Shown one piece after another: positions 34,864-46,390 of a DNA stretch of 64,000 nucleotides (positions within the stretch are counted from its first letter, which is position 1; each line of letters begins with the position of its first letter). Source of the DNA: an uncultured Actinomycetes bacterium. Its GTDB lineage: Bacteria > Actinomycetota > Actinomycetes > S36-B12 > CAIYMF01. The notes below the pieces were generated by a model. That model was not told the origin of the DNA, did no database searches, and saw nothing but the letters and a program-made list of their open reading frames with translations. The stretch is from contig CAWEVG010000040.1 in assembly GCA_963812395.1 (NCBI GenBank), forward strand, positions 3,142 through 67,141. Reading direction: 5' to 3'. A program made the translations under genes and the position numbers.

Positions 34864-37011
34864 ATGGCTCAGGCGAACACCCCAGGGGGTGGGTCGGTCT
34901 CTGCACCGGCCAGCCCCGCCGACATCCGCAACGTGGTCCTGGTCGGACCGTCCGGCGCGGGCAAGACGACGCTGCTCGAGGCGATGCTCGCCGCGACCGG
35001 GACCATCCCGCGCGCGGGCCGGACGACCGACGGCACGACGGTCTCGGACTTCGACGACGCCGAGGTGCGCCAGCAGCGCTCCGTGGGCCTCGCGCTGGCC
35101 CCCGTGGTCGTCGAGGGGGTGAAGGTCAACTTCCTGGACACCCCGGGCTACGCCGACTTCGTGGGTGACCTGCGCGCCGGGCTGCGCGCGGCCGATGCCG
35201 CCCTCTTCGTGGTCTCGGCGGTCGACGGCATCGACGGCGGCACGCAGATGCTCTGGGAGGAGTGCGCGGCGGTCGGGATGCCGCGCGCCGTGGTGGTGAC
35301 CCGCCTGGACCACCCACGTGCTGACTTCGAGGAGCTGGTCGCGATCTGCCAGCGGGTCTTCGGCGAGGGCGTCATGCCGCTGATGCTGCCGATGATGGCC
35401 GACGACGGGACGCCCGCCGGCTTCATCGACCTCATCACCGAGCGGATCCACGACTACTCCAGCGGCACGCGGGTGGACCGCGAGCCGGAGGCCACCCACC
35501 TCGAGCTGATCGAGAACACGCGCGCGGGGCTGATCGAGGGGATCATCGCCGAGAGCGAGGACGAGACCCTCATGGACCGCTACCTCGCCGGCGAGCACAT
35601 CGACCACGACACGCTGATCGCCGACCTGGAGATGGCCGTCGCCCGGGGGTCGTTCTACCCGGTGATCGCCACCGCCGTGGAGCTCGGTGGCCTCGGCACG
35701 ACCGAGGTCCTGGACCTCGTGCGCCGGGGCTTCCCGTCACCCCTGGAACACCCGCTTCCGCCGGTCTCCACCCCGGACGGCCAGCCCCGCGGTCCCCTGG
35801 CGTGCGATCCCGCGGGTCCCCTGTGCGCCGAGGTCGTCAAGACGACGACCGACCCCTACGTCGGGCGGCTGTCCCTGGTGCGCATCTTCTCCGGTCGGCT
35901 CACCCCGGACTCCTTCGTCCACGTCTCCGGGCACTTCGGTGGGCAGCGCGGGCATGAGGACCACGACCTCGACGAGCGGATCGGGGCGCTGTCCAGCCCG
36001 CTGGGCAAGGTCCAGCGCACGATCGACGCCGGGATCGCAGGTGACATCGTCGCCGTCGCCAAGCTCACGCGTGCCGAGACCGGTGACACCCTGTCGGACA
36101 AGGACACCCCGCTGCTCATGGAGCCGTGGCTGATGCCCGACGCACTGCTCCCGGTGGCGATCGTCGCCAAGTCCAAGGCCGACGAGGACAAGCTCGGTGC
36201 CGCCCTCAACCGCCTGGTCGCCGAGGACGCGACCCTGCGCCTGGACCGCAACGGGGAGACCGGCCAGCTCGTGCTGTGGTGCATGGGTGAGGCGCACGTC
36301 GACGTGCTGCTCGACCGCCTGCGCAACCGGTACGGCGTCGCCGTCGAGTCCGAGGAGCTGCGCGTCTCGCTGCGCGAGACCTTCGCATCCCCGGCCAAGG
36401 CCAAGGGCCGGCACGTCAAGCAGTCCGGCGGGCACGGGCAGTACGCGGTGTGCGACATCGAGGTCGCCCCGCTCCCCGCAGGGTCGGGCTTCGAGTTCGT
36501 CGACAAGGTCGTCGGCGGCTCGGTGCCGCGCCAGTTCATCCCCTCTGTCGAGAAGGGGGTGCGCACCCAGATGGAGCGCGGCGTCGTCGCCGGATACCCG
36601 GTCGTCGACATCCAGGTGACGCTCTACGACGGCAAGGCGCACTCGGTGGACTCCTCGGACATGGCGTTCCAGATGGCCGGCGCCCTGGCCCTCAAGGAGG
36701 CAGCGGCAGCAGCCCAGATCTCGATGCTGGAGCCGGTCGCGGCCATCAGCGTGCTCGTCTCCGACGAGTACGTGGGCGCGGTCATGGGCGACCTGTCCGG
36801 TCGTCGCGGACGGGTGTCGGGCACCGAGCCGGCCGGCAACGGCCGCACGCTGATCAAGGCCGAGGTCCCCGAGCTCGAGCTGACCCGCTACGCCATCGAG
36901 CTTCGCTCGATGTCGCACGGCACGGGCACCTTCAACCGCACCTACATCGGGCACGAGCCGATGCCGTCGCAGATCGCGAAGAAGGTGATCGACGCGAGCC
37001 CGAAGCACTGA
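34864..37011 (+). CDS. Elongation factor G-like GTPase paralogue (EF-G2 type)
   Basis: Intact 715-aa ORF with the five-domain EF-G layout and P-loop GPSGAGKTT. The G3 motif is DTPGYADF (not DTPGH) and the G4 motif is TRLD (not NKxD). Confidence 0.9.
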   Translation: MAQANTPGGGSVSAPASPADIRNVVLVGPSGAGKTTLLEAMLAATGTIPRAGRTTDGTTVSDFDDAEVRQQRSVGLALAPVVVEGVKVNFLDTPGYADFVGDLRAGLRAADAALFVVSAVDGIDGGTQMLWEECAAVGMPRAVVVTRLDHPRADFEELVAICQRVFGEGVMPLMLPMMADDGTPAGFIDLITERIHDYSSGTRVDREPEATHLELIENTRAGLIEGIIAESEDETLMDRYLAGEHIDHDTLIADLEMAVARGSFYPVIATAVELGGLGTTEVLDLVRRGFPSPLEHPLPPVSTPDGQPRGPLACDPAGPLCAEVVKTTTDPYVGRLSLVRIFSGRLTPDSFVHVSGHFGGQRGHEDHDLDERIGALSSPLGKVQRTIDAGIAGDIVAVAKLTRAETGDTLSDKDTPLLMEPWLMPDALLPVAIVAKSKADEDKLGAALNRLVAEDATLRLDRNGETGQLVLWCMGEAHVDVLLDRLRNRYGVAVESEELRVSLRETFASPAKAKGRHVKQSGGHGQYAVCDIEVAPLPAGSGFEFVDKVVGGSVPRQFIPSVEKGVRTQMERGVVAGYPVVDIQVTLYDGKAHSVDSSDMAFQMAGALALKEAAAAAQISMLEPVAAISVLVSDEYVGAVMGDLSGRRGRVSGTEPAGNGRTLIKAEVPELELTRYAIELRSMSHGTGTFNRTYIGHEPMPSQIAKKVIDASPKH

Positions 37012-37030
37012 CCCACACGCGCGCCCGAGC

Positions 37031-37480
37031 TCAGCGTCGGATCGGCTTCAGGGTCCAGAGGAAGCTGGCCTCACCGGTGACCGTCCAGTCCTCGGTGGAC
37101 AGGGTGACGTCGATGCGGAACTCGGGTCGCTCGCCGGCGTCGAGCCGCGCCACGATCGACTCCGGTGTGTCGTGCATGAGGGCTTCGGCGTACATGGGCC
37201 CCATCGCGATCTTCTTGAACCGGATGGAGGCATCGACGGGCAGCGGCGTGGCGCGATCGACCAGCATTCCGAAGTTGCCCAGCACGATCGCACCTGTCGC
37301 CGTCTCGGCGAGGGTGAACATCGCGCCGGCGTGCGGACCGCCCACATGATTGCGGTACTCGGGCTTGTCCGGCAGGCGCAGGAGGACCCGCTGGGGGGCC
37401 AGCTCGAGGAACTCGAGCTCGAGGGTCCCGACCATCGGGACCACCGTGGGCATCTGGGCGACGAGGGTGTGGAAGTCCAT
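37031..37480 (-). CDS. Hotdog-fold thioesterase (PaaI / YiiD-C-like)
   Basis: 149 aa from ATG 37480 (MDFHTLVAQMP...). HVGGPHAGAMFTLAETATG is typical of PaaI-type hotdog proteins. Confidence 0.75.
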   Translation of the reverse strand: MDFHTLVAQMPTVVPMVGTLELEFLELAPQRVLLRLPDKPEYRNHVGGPHAGAMFTLAETATGAIVLGNFGMLVDRATPLPVDASIRFKKIAMGPMYAEALMHDTPESIVARLDAGERPEFRIDVTLSTEDWTVTGEASFLWTLKPIRR

Positions 37481-37632
37481 GCCTTCGAGGCTAGCGACCT
37501 CCCCCGCGCCGGCAGCGACCGGTCCCCTCCGCCCGCTGGAACTCGCCGTTGTCAGGGGATCTCCCCGGGTGACAGGGCGGATCCCGCCACGTAGCCGAGA
37601 GCCTGCGGCGATGGGGCGGTAGCGTCGCACCC

Positions 37633-38238
37633 ATGTCCGACCTGACCCCACCCGCCCCGGACGCCCCGCCCTCAACGGCCCCGTCGCCACCCCAGGGCGA
37701 GGTCCGTCCCAGCGTCGCCGTGTTCGACATCGACGGCGTCCTGGCGGACGTGCGTCACCGTCTGCACCACGTGGCCTCGCGCCCCAAGGACTGGGACGCC
37801 TTCTTCGGCGCCGCCCCCGAGGACCCCCCGCTGCGCGAGGGGCTCGGGGCCGTGGCGACCGCGGATCGGGCCGGGCACGTCGTCGTCTACCTGACCGGAA
37901 GGCCGGAACGGTGCCGCACCGCGACGCTCACCTGGCTCGCCGACCAGGGCCTGCCCGCAGGCGAGCTGTTCATGCGGGACGACTCCGATCGCCGGCCGGC
38001 ACGGATCACCAAGGTGGCGGCCCTGCGCCGGCTGTCCCGTCGGTTCCGCGTCGAGGTCTTCGTCGACGACGACGCAGCGGTGGTCGAGGCAGTGCGTGCT
38101 GCCGGCTTCCCAGTCCTGCACGCGCTCTGGATGGAACCCTCAACCTCAGGTGCAGACTCAGCCCCAGGCCTCCCGGAGCACGAGGTGACGGCCCAGGCCG
38201 TCCTGTTCGAGATCCAGGAGACCGAGGGCCGCACGTGA
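37633..38238 (+). CDS. HAD-superfamily phosphatase-like protein
   Basis: Intact 201-aa ORF with motif I VAVFDIDGVLAD (DxDG), motif II YLTGRP, and a C-terminal DDD acidic motif. Confidence 0.7.
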   Translation: MSDLTPPAPDAPPSTAPSPPQGEVRPSVAVFDIDGVLADVRHRLHHVASRPKDWDAFFGAAPEDPPLREGLGAVATADRAGHVVVYLTGRPERCRTATLTWLADQGLPAGELFMRDDSDRRPARITKVAALRRLSRRFRVEVFVDDDAAVVEAVRAAGFPVLHALWMEPSTSGADSAPGLPEHEVTAQAVLFEIQETEGRT

Positions 38239-38338
38239 GCTGATGCGCCCAGCGGGCAGGACCTGCAGTCACGTGCGGCCCTGCCGCGCAGTCACCTCGT
38301 GGGACTGCCGACCGGGATGGGCGGCGGGCTCGGGGGTC

Positions 38339-41237
<2,899 letters not shown>

Positions 41238-41362
41238 GCGCCCACGATAGTCGCGAGTGCCGAGCTCCGTCGGGAGGGTCGGCGCCGGTCACCCGACTTG
41301 CGGCGGGAACCGGGGCACCCGTGCGTCGGCTGGCCGGGCCGCCGAGGGCGTGCTGGGCCGGG

Positions 41363-41923
41363 TCAGCCCGTCTGGCGCTTGCGCCGACGCTCCGAGAGCT
41401 CGTCGCCGGTCACGGCCGCTGCGCCGACGCCACGCTCCGCCGGCAGCGCCGACAGGGTGCCCTCCACCTCGCGCCACACCTTGCCGACCGCGATGCCGAA
41501 GACCCCTTGGCCGCCGCGGACGAGGTCGATGACCTCGTCCTCGCTGGTGCACTCGTAGACGCTGGCTCCGTCACTCATCAGGGTGAGGGTGGCCAGGTCC
41601 TCCACGCCGCGGGCGCGCAGGTGCGTCACGGCGGTGCGGATGTTCTGCAGGGAGACCCCGGTGTCGAGCAGGCGCTTGACGACCTTGAGCACGAGGATGT
41701 CGCGGAAGCTGTAGAGGCGCTGCGTCCCCGAACCGGTGGCGGGTCGGATCGAGGGCTCCACCAGGCCTGTCCGGGCCCAGTAGTCCAGCTGCCGGTAGGT
41801 GATCTCCGCAGCGGCGCACGCGACCGGGCCGCGGTAGCCGACGCCCTCGGGCAGCGTCGTCTCCGGGACGTCGAAGAGGGATCCCTGCACCTCGTGCTGC
41901 TGTCCCGTGCCCTCGGATGACAT
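41363..41923 (-). CDS. MerR-family transcriptional regulator (second MerR of the conserved gcv/FHA block)
   Basis: Intact 186-aa ORF with an HTH (ITYRQLDYWARTGLVEPS...GSGTQRLYSFRDILVLKVVKRLLDTGVSLQNIR). Confidence 0.85.
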   Translation of the reverse strand: MSSEGTGQQHEVQGSLFDVPETTLPEGVGYRGPVACAAAEITYRQLDYWARTGLVEPSIRPATGSGTQRLYSFRDILVLKVVKRLLDTGVSLQNIRTAVTHLRARGVEDLATLTLMSDGASVYECTSEDEVIDLVRGGQGVFGIAVGKVWREVEGTLSALPAERGVGAAAVTGDELSERRRKRQTG

Positions 41924-41993
41924 CTGCGCCTGGCCTCCGGTCGATATGGCGTATTGCGTCGGCGTAGTTACACCGGCGGGATTTCCTGATCCG

Positions 41994-42022
41994 AAACTAG
42001 GGCCGCACGCACCTCACGTCAA
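41994..42022 (-). promoter_or_regulatory. Candidate sigma-A-type promoter for the MerR gene (TTGACG-17 nt-TAGTTT)
   Basis: On the minus strand, TTGACG lies at 42022-42017 and TAGTTT at 41999-41994, with a 17-nt spacer. The site is about 70 nt upstream of ATG 41923. Two TGACGTG direct repeats spaced 11 nt overlap the -35 element. This rests on pattern match only. Confidence 0.3.
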
Positions 42023-42091
42023 CGCACGTCACCCCGACACGCCGGGGCAAAGTCTCACCCTCACGTTGAGGGTTAGGTCGCTGGCTGGCGC

Positions 42092-42562
42092 CTACTGGAA
42101 GTCCTGCGGCGTCACCGTGTCGAGGAACTCGCGGAACTGCTCCACCTCATCGACCTCGTCGTCCGGGTCCGGGGCCACGCCCGCCTCGGCCAGGACCTCG
42201 TCGGCGAGCAGGATCGGCACCCCCGCGCGCAGGGCCAGGGCGATGGCGTCCGAGGGCCGGGCGTCCACGGTCTGGGTCTCGAGGACGAGCTCGGCGAAGA
42301 AGACGCCCTCCTCGAGCCGGGTGATCCGCACCGACAGCAGCGGGGTCCCGAGCTGGAGCAGCGTCGCGATGAACAGGTCGTGGGTCAGTGGCCGGGGCGC
42401 GGCCACTCCCTGCTGGGCCATGGCGATCGCGGCCGCCTCGTTGGGCCCGATCCAGATGGGAAGCAGGGCTCCCCCGGCGATCGGTCGCACCAGGACGATC
42501 GGCGCATTGGACGGCATCTCGACGCGAACACCCACGACCTCAACTGCCTGGTACCCATCCAC
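42092..42562 (-). CDS. Bifunctional nuclease family protein (DUF151)
   Basis: Intact 156-aa ORF: VEVVGVRVEMPSNAPIVLV...LPIWIGPNEAAAIA...RPLTHDL...ARPSDAIALALR. Confidence 0.85.
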   Translation of the reverse strand: MDGYQAVEVVGVRVEMPSNAPIVLVRPIAGGALLPIWIGPNEAAAIAMAQQGVAAPRPLTHDLFIATLLQLGTPLLSVRITRLEEGVFFAELVLETQTVDARPSDAIALALRAGVPILLADEVLAEAGVAPDPDDEVDEVEQFREFLDTVTPQDFQ

Positions 42563-42601
42563 GGGGCCAGACTAGACCCGGGGGGCGGGACCCACCATCG
42601 C

Positions 42602-43341
42602 TCAGCGGCCGAGCGTCCGGGGCAGCCCGGCCTTGACCAGGGCGACGTGCAGCTGGATGGCCAGCGTGGCGATCGCCCGGGCCGCCTCCTCCGCCTTGGC
42701 GGCGCTGTCCTGGTGGCGTCCGTGGGCCATCGGCTTGACGACCTGCTCCACCAGCGAGAGCTCCCGATCGGCAGCCAGCCGGAACGGGCGCAGGTGCCGG
42801 GGGCCGTAGCCGAACTGGGCCATCTCCGCGGCGATCCGGGCCACCTGCAGGGCGGTGGCGTCGTAGTACGAGGTACCCGGGAGCCTGGGCGACCAGGCCG
42901 AAGGACTCGAGCTCGCGCAGGACCTCGTTGGTGATGCCGGACTCCTCGAGCAGCTCCTTGCGCGACAGGCGCAGCTCCTGGCTCTCCGCTCCGAGGTCCT
43001 CGGGAGAGGGGTAGGTGTCGGTGGCCACGAGCGCCCGCGGTGCGGTGTCCGTCGCGCTCAGGGGCGCGGGCTGCAGGCCCCGGTCGATCGCGTCGAGGTG
43101 CTCGCGGATGACCTTCAGCGGCAGGTAGTGGTCGCGCTGCATCCGCAGCACGTAGCGCAGGCGCTCGGCGTCGGCCCGGGTGAACTTCCGGTAGCCCGAG
43201 GGGGTTCGCTGCGGCTCGACGAGGTCCTCGGCCTCCAGGTAGCGGATCTTGGAGATGCTGACGTCCGGGAAGTCCGCACGCAGCAGGTGCAGGACCTCCC
43301 CGATGCTCAGCAGGCCATCGGACGGCTGCAGCCGTGCTCAC
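42602..43341 (-). pseudogene. MerR-family regulator (FtsR / Rv1828-like); two frame breaks as sequenced
   Basis: GTG 43341 (MSTAAA) is followed in another frame by SDGLLSIGEVLHLLRADFPDVSISKIRYLEAEDLVEPQRTPSGYRKFTRADAERLRYVLRMQRDHYLPLKVIREHL...FGLVAQAPG, then in a third frame by SYYDATALQVARIAAEMAQFGYGPRHLRPFRLAADRELSLVEQ... The switches are about 43318-43332 and 42870-42885. Confidence 0.8.
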
Positions 43342-43834
43342 GACTGGCCACCCCCCACGAGGAACACGAACCTGTACTTGCCGATCTGGACCTCGTCACC
43401 GCCGGCAGAGCGCAGTCACGTCGATCCGCTCCCGGTTGACGTAGGTCCCGTTCAGGCTGCCCACGTCGCGGCACTGCCAGCCCTGCGGCGTCACGGATGA
43501 ACTGCGCATGCCGGCGCGACACCGTGACGTCGTCGAGGACGACGTCGGCATCATCGGAGCGCCCGACCGTGACCAGGTCGGAGTCGAGGACGAACGAGGT
43601 GCCCTCGCTGGGGCCGCGGCGCACGATCAGCATCGCCGTCCCGGCGGCCACGGACCCGACGCTGCCGGTGCCGACCGCGCCCAGCGGGCCGGTCGCCGAC
43701 AGCGGGACGTCGAGGTTGCCGGTGGACTGGACCTCGCCCTCCGCGCTGAGGTCCACCAGTGGCGCACCGCAGTTGCTGCAGAAGCGCGCCAGGTCGGACA
43801 TCTCCTGGCCGCACTGCTGGCATGAACGCCCCAC
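43338..43834 (-). pseudogene. Zinc-ribbon plus FHA-domain protein in the GarA/OdhI genomic position; two frame breaks as sequenced
   Basis: CQQCGQEMSDLARFCSNCG (CxxC-N10-CxxC), then the FHA core MLIVRRGPSEGTSFVLDSDLVTVGRSDDADVVLDDVTVSRRHAQF | WQCRDVGSLNGTYVNRERIDVTAL | AGGDEVQIGKYRFVFLVGGGQS*. The switches are about 43478-43488 and 43404-43412. Confidence 0.85.
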
Positions 43835-43943
43835 GTCGTCTCCGTCCTCACCGTGAATCCCGCCCCGGGAACCTCTACCTGAGGTCTAGGTTCACCTCGG
43901 GGGCAAACCTATCCGACGCACCGAGGGCCGGGTCAACCCCCGG

Positions 43944-44334
43944 CTACGACAGGCCGTCGGCGTACTGGGCCGCGGTGAGCAGCGATCGACCACGCGGCGT
44001 CGGCGTCCTCGGCCGTCGCGCACTCGACATCGACCATCCAGCCCTCGCCGTAGGGCTCGGCGTTGACCATCTCCGGGGAGTCCTCGAGGGCGGTGTTCAC
44101 CTCGACGACCGTCCCGTCCAGCGGGGCGTAGAGGTCGCTGACGGACTTGGTCGACTCGACCTCGCCGCACGGCTGCCCGCCGGTGAGCGCGCTGCCCACG
44201 GCCGGCAGCGCCACGTACACGACGTCGCCGAGGGCCTCGGTCGCGAACGAGGTGATCCCGAAGCGCAGGACTGTCGGGCTCTCCCGGCGGATCCACTCGT
44301 GCTCCGGGGTGTAGCGCAGGTCATCGGGGTACAT
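43944..44334 (-). pseudogene. gcvH: Glycine cleavage system H protein; C-terminal frame break as sequenced
   Basis: YTPEHEWIR, lipoyl-lysine motif EVESTKSVSDLYAPLDG, and GEGWMVDVE lie in ORF 43933-44334. The conserved end LLTAAQYADGLS* is in another frame and terminates at TAG 43946-43944. The switch is about 43978-43990. Confidence 0.88.
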
Positions 44335-44395
44335 GGGTCCTCCATCGGGCTGCGATCGGGCGACGTGTGCGGATCCGGTCGGGTCCCGCGGGGGC

Positions 44396-45184
44396 TCAGC
44401 CCTGGTCCACCGGCTCAGCGTACTCGGGGGTCGTCAGCGGGACGGTCGAGGTGATGTCGAGGGCCTCACGCTGCTCCATCTCGAAGAGCGCACCGGCGGT
44501 CCGCACGGAGTCCGCGACGCCGCCGGGGATCTCCATCGCGGTGGCCAGGGTCTCGGGATCACCGATCGCCAGGATCGTGTAGGGCGAGGGCCGCAGGTCG
44601 CCGGAGACCAGGATCGCCGGGGTGCCGGGGTCCGGCGGGTTGGCGAACCAGGTGTTGACGACCACGCGCCTCTCGGCCACCTCGATGCTCTCCGCGCCCG
44701 CGTCACGCAGCTCCTGCACGGTGTCCAGGATCTCCGCAGCGTCGACGCCGCCGTCCTGATCACGGATCACGATCCGCACGCCGGGACCACGCACCTTCGT
44801 CGTCCCGGCGAGAACCTCGAGGGACTCCTTGCGGTTGCGCGCCTGCTCCAGCGCCGCGGCGTCGCTGCCCGAGGTCAGCGACGAGATCTCGGCGGCCAGC
44901 CGGCGCTTCTCCTGCTCGAGCCGGTCGTTCTCGGCGTCGAGGCTGTCGAGGATCTGGACCAGCTCATCGGGCCGGGCGTTGGCCAGGGCCTCGTCACTGC
45001 CCTGCGCGATGGCACCGGCCACGAGCATCCATCCCAGCACGGCGAACAATGCCCCCCCGATGAGGCTCGCAGGACCGCTCCAGCGCCACAGCGAGGTCTG
45101 GTGGAAGTCCCCGTCGGGCTCATCCGGGTTCTGCGTGGCCGCGGTGGCCGGGCCGACCGTGCCCTGCGCCTCGTCGGGCTCCAT
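44396..45184 (-). CDS. DUF881-domain membrane protein (division/cell-wall cluster)
   Basis: From ATG 45184 (MEPDEAQG...): a TM helix, a coiled coil (LDAENDRLEQEKRRLAAEISSL), then the DUF881 core (VRGPGVRIVIRD...LRDAGAESIEV...ILAIGDPETL). Confidence 0.8.
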   Translation of the reverse strand: MEPDEAQGTVGPATAATQNPDEPDGDFHQTSLWRWSGPASLIGGALFAVLGWMLVAGAIAQGSDEALANARPDELVQILDSLDAENDRLEQEKRRLAAEISSLTSGSDAAALEQARNRKESLEVLAGTTKVRGPGVRIVIRDQDGGVDAAEILDTVQELRDAGAESIEVAERRVVVNTWFANPPDPGTPAILVSGDLRPSPYTILAIGDPETLATAMEIPGGVADSVRTAGALFEMEQREALDITSTVPLTTPEYAEPVDQG

Positions 45185-45186
45185 GC

Positions 45187-45519
45187 TCACGCCTTCAGGA
45201 TGTGCCGGCGGATCGCGGCGGCGTTGGAGAAGATGCGCATCGTCAGGACGACGACGACCCCGGTGGACATCTGGCTGCCGACACCGAGGAGGTCGCCGAT
45301 CCACACGATGAACGCGGCGACCAGCACGTTGCTCAGGAAGGAGATCACGAAGATGCGGTCGCGGAAGACGCCGTCGAGCAGCGCACGGATGGCCCCGACG
45401 ACGGCATCGAGGGCGGCGATCACCGCGATCGGCAGGTACGGCTCCAGCCAGATCGGCACGGTGGGCTCGATGATGAGCCCGGCCACCACCCCGATGATGA
45501 GCCCGATGAGTGCGATCAT
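45187..45519 (-). CDS. Small basic membrane protein (DUF1290, Sbp-like)
   Basis: Intact 110-aa ORF MIALIGLIIGVVAGLIIEP...FLSNVLVAAFIVWIGDLLGV...RIFSNAAAIRRH, lying between the two DUF881 genes as in other Actinobacteria. Confidence 0.8.
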   Translation of the reverse strand: MIALIGLIIGVVAGLIIEPTVPIWLEPYLPIAVIAALDAVVGAIRALLDGVFRDRIFVISFLSNVLVAAFIVWIGDLLGVGSQMSTGVVVVLTMRIFSNAAAIRRHILKA

Positions 45520-46390
45520 CAGCCCTCCCCCTCCCCTGGCCCGACGACCTCAGCGTCCGAGGGGAGCGATGAGGTGGCGGGCCGCAGACTGATCATGTCG
45601 ACCGACGACGTGTCCAAGCCTATGCCGAACTGCTTGGAGACACTGGCCAGCTCCTGGGCATCGGGAGTCGCCGCGAACTGCGTCGGCAAGGTCCGGCGGG
45701 CCGATCGCCTCCACGCGATAGGGCGGCCTGAGCGGCCGGTAGTTGACCAGGATGGCACCTGCCGCCGACCGGATCGCGGACTGTGCGGTCAGGCGCTGGC
45801 CGTTGACGGCGATCGCCTCGGCGCCCGCCGACCACAGGCCGTTCACGGCCCGCTGGACGTCGCTGTCGAGCACCCGCTCGACGTCGGTGCCCTCCTCGCC
45901 CTCCGTGACCGGCGCGTCCGTGAGCGTGACCACCGCCCCGGGTCCCTCGACAGGGGCGTAGCCCGTCACGACCTCGAGGTCCTGGATCTGCGTCGGCCAG
46001 CTGGGCACCCTCCAGCGTGACCCGCAGGTTGTCCTCGCGGGCTGCGGTCAGGTCCTGGCGCGCGGCCGCAACCTCCTCGATCAGCGCCTCGTTCCGGCCG
46101 TCGGCCGCCACGATCCGATCGATGAGGGCCGATCGCTGCTCGTTGACGACCGGGTCGTTGAGGACGCGCGCGGAGATGCCCAGGGCCAGGACGAATCCGG
46201 CAAGGCCGAGGGCCACGGCCGCGACGAGCACCCGCTGGCGCCGCGATCCCGCAGGCTGCTGGTCGCTGACGTCGGCGTAGTCGCTGGCGACCGCGGCACT
46301 GGTGATCTGGTCGATCAGGTTCAGGCGCTCACGGGCGCTCGGGCCCGGCCGGTCGACCCCCGGCGGGGCTCCGGACGTGGAGGTCGACAT
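45519..46390 (-). pseudogene. DUF881-domain membrane protein; two frame breaks as sequenced
   Basis: MSTSTSGAPPG...TM...NEALIEEVAAARQDLTAAREDNLRVTLEGAQL | QIQDLEVVTGYAPVEGPGAVVTLTD...AIAVNGQRLTAQSAIRSAAGAILVNYRPLRPPYRVEAIGP | TLPTQFAATPDAQELASVSKQFGIGLD... The switches are about 45990-46005 and 45690-45700. Confidence 0.75.

Noticed and set aside
37540-37565. Palindrome-like gtca-gggga-tc-tcccc-ggg-tgac in the divergent spacer between the thioesterase and HAD genes.
   Set aside because: It is short and imperfect, with a non-self-complementary centre and a bulge, and has no associated regulator gene. It cannot be distinguished from chance in GC-rich DNA.
41238-41362. A glycine riboswitch was expected in the 125-nt leader of gcvP.
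   Set aside because: I read both strands for the conserved aptamer cores (GGAGAG, CGCCGAAGGAGCAA-like, CUCUCAGGC...GGAC) and found none. The spacer holds only a short imperfect hairpin, probably the terminator of the upstream MerR gene. A covariance-model scan would be decisive.
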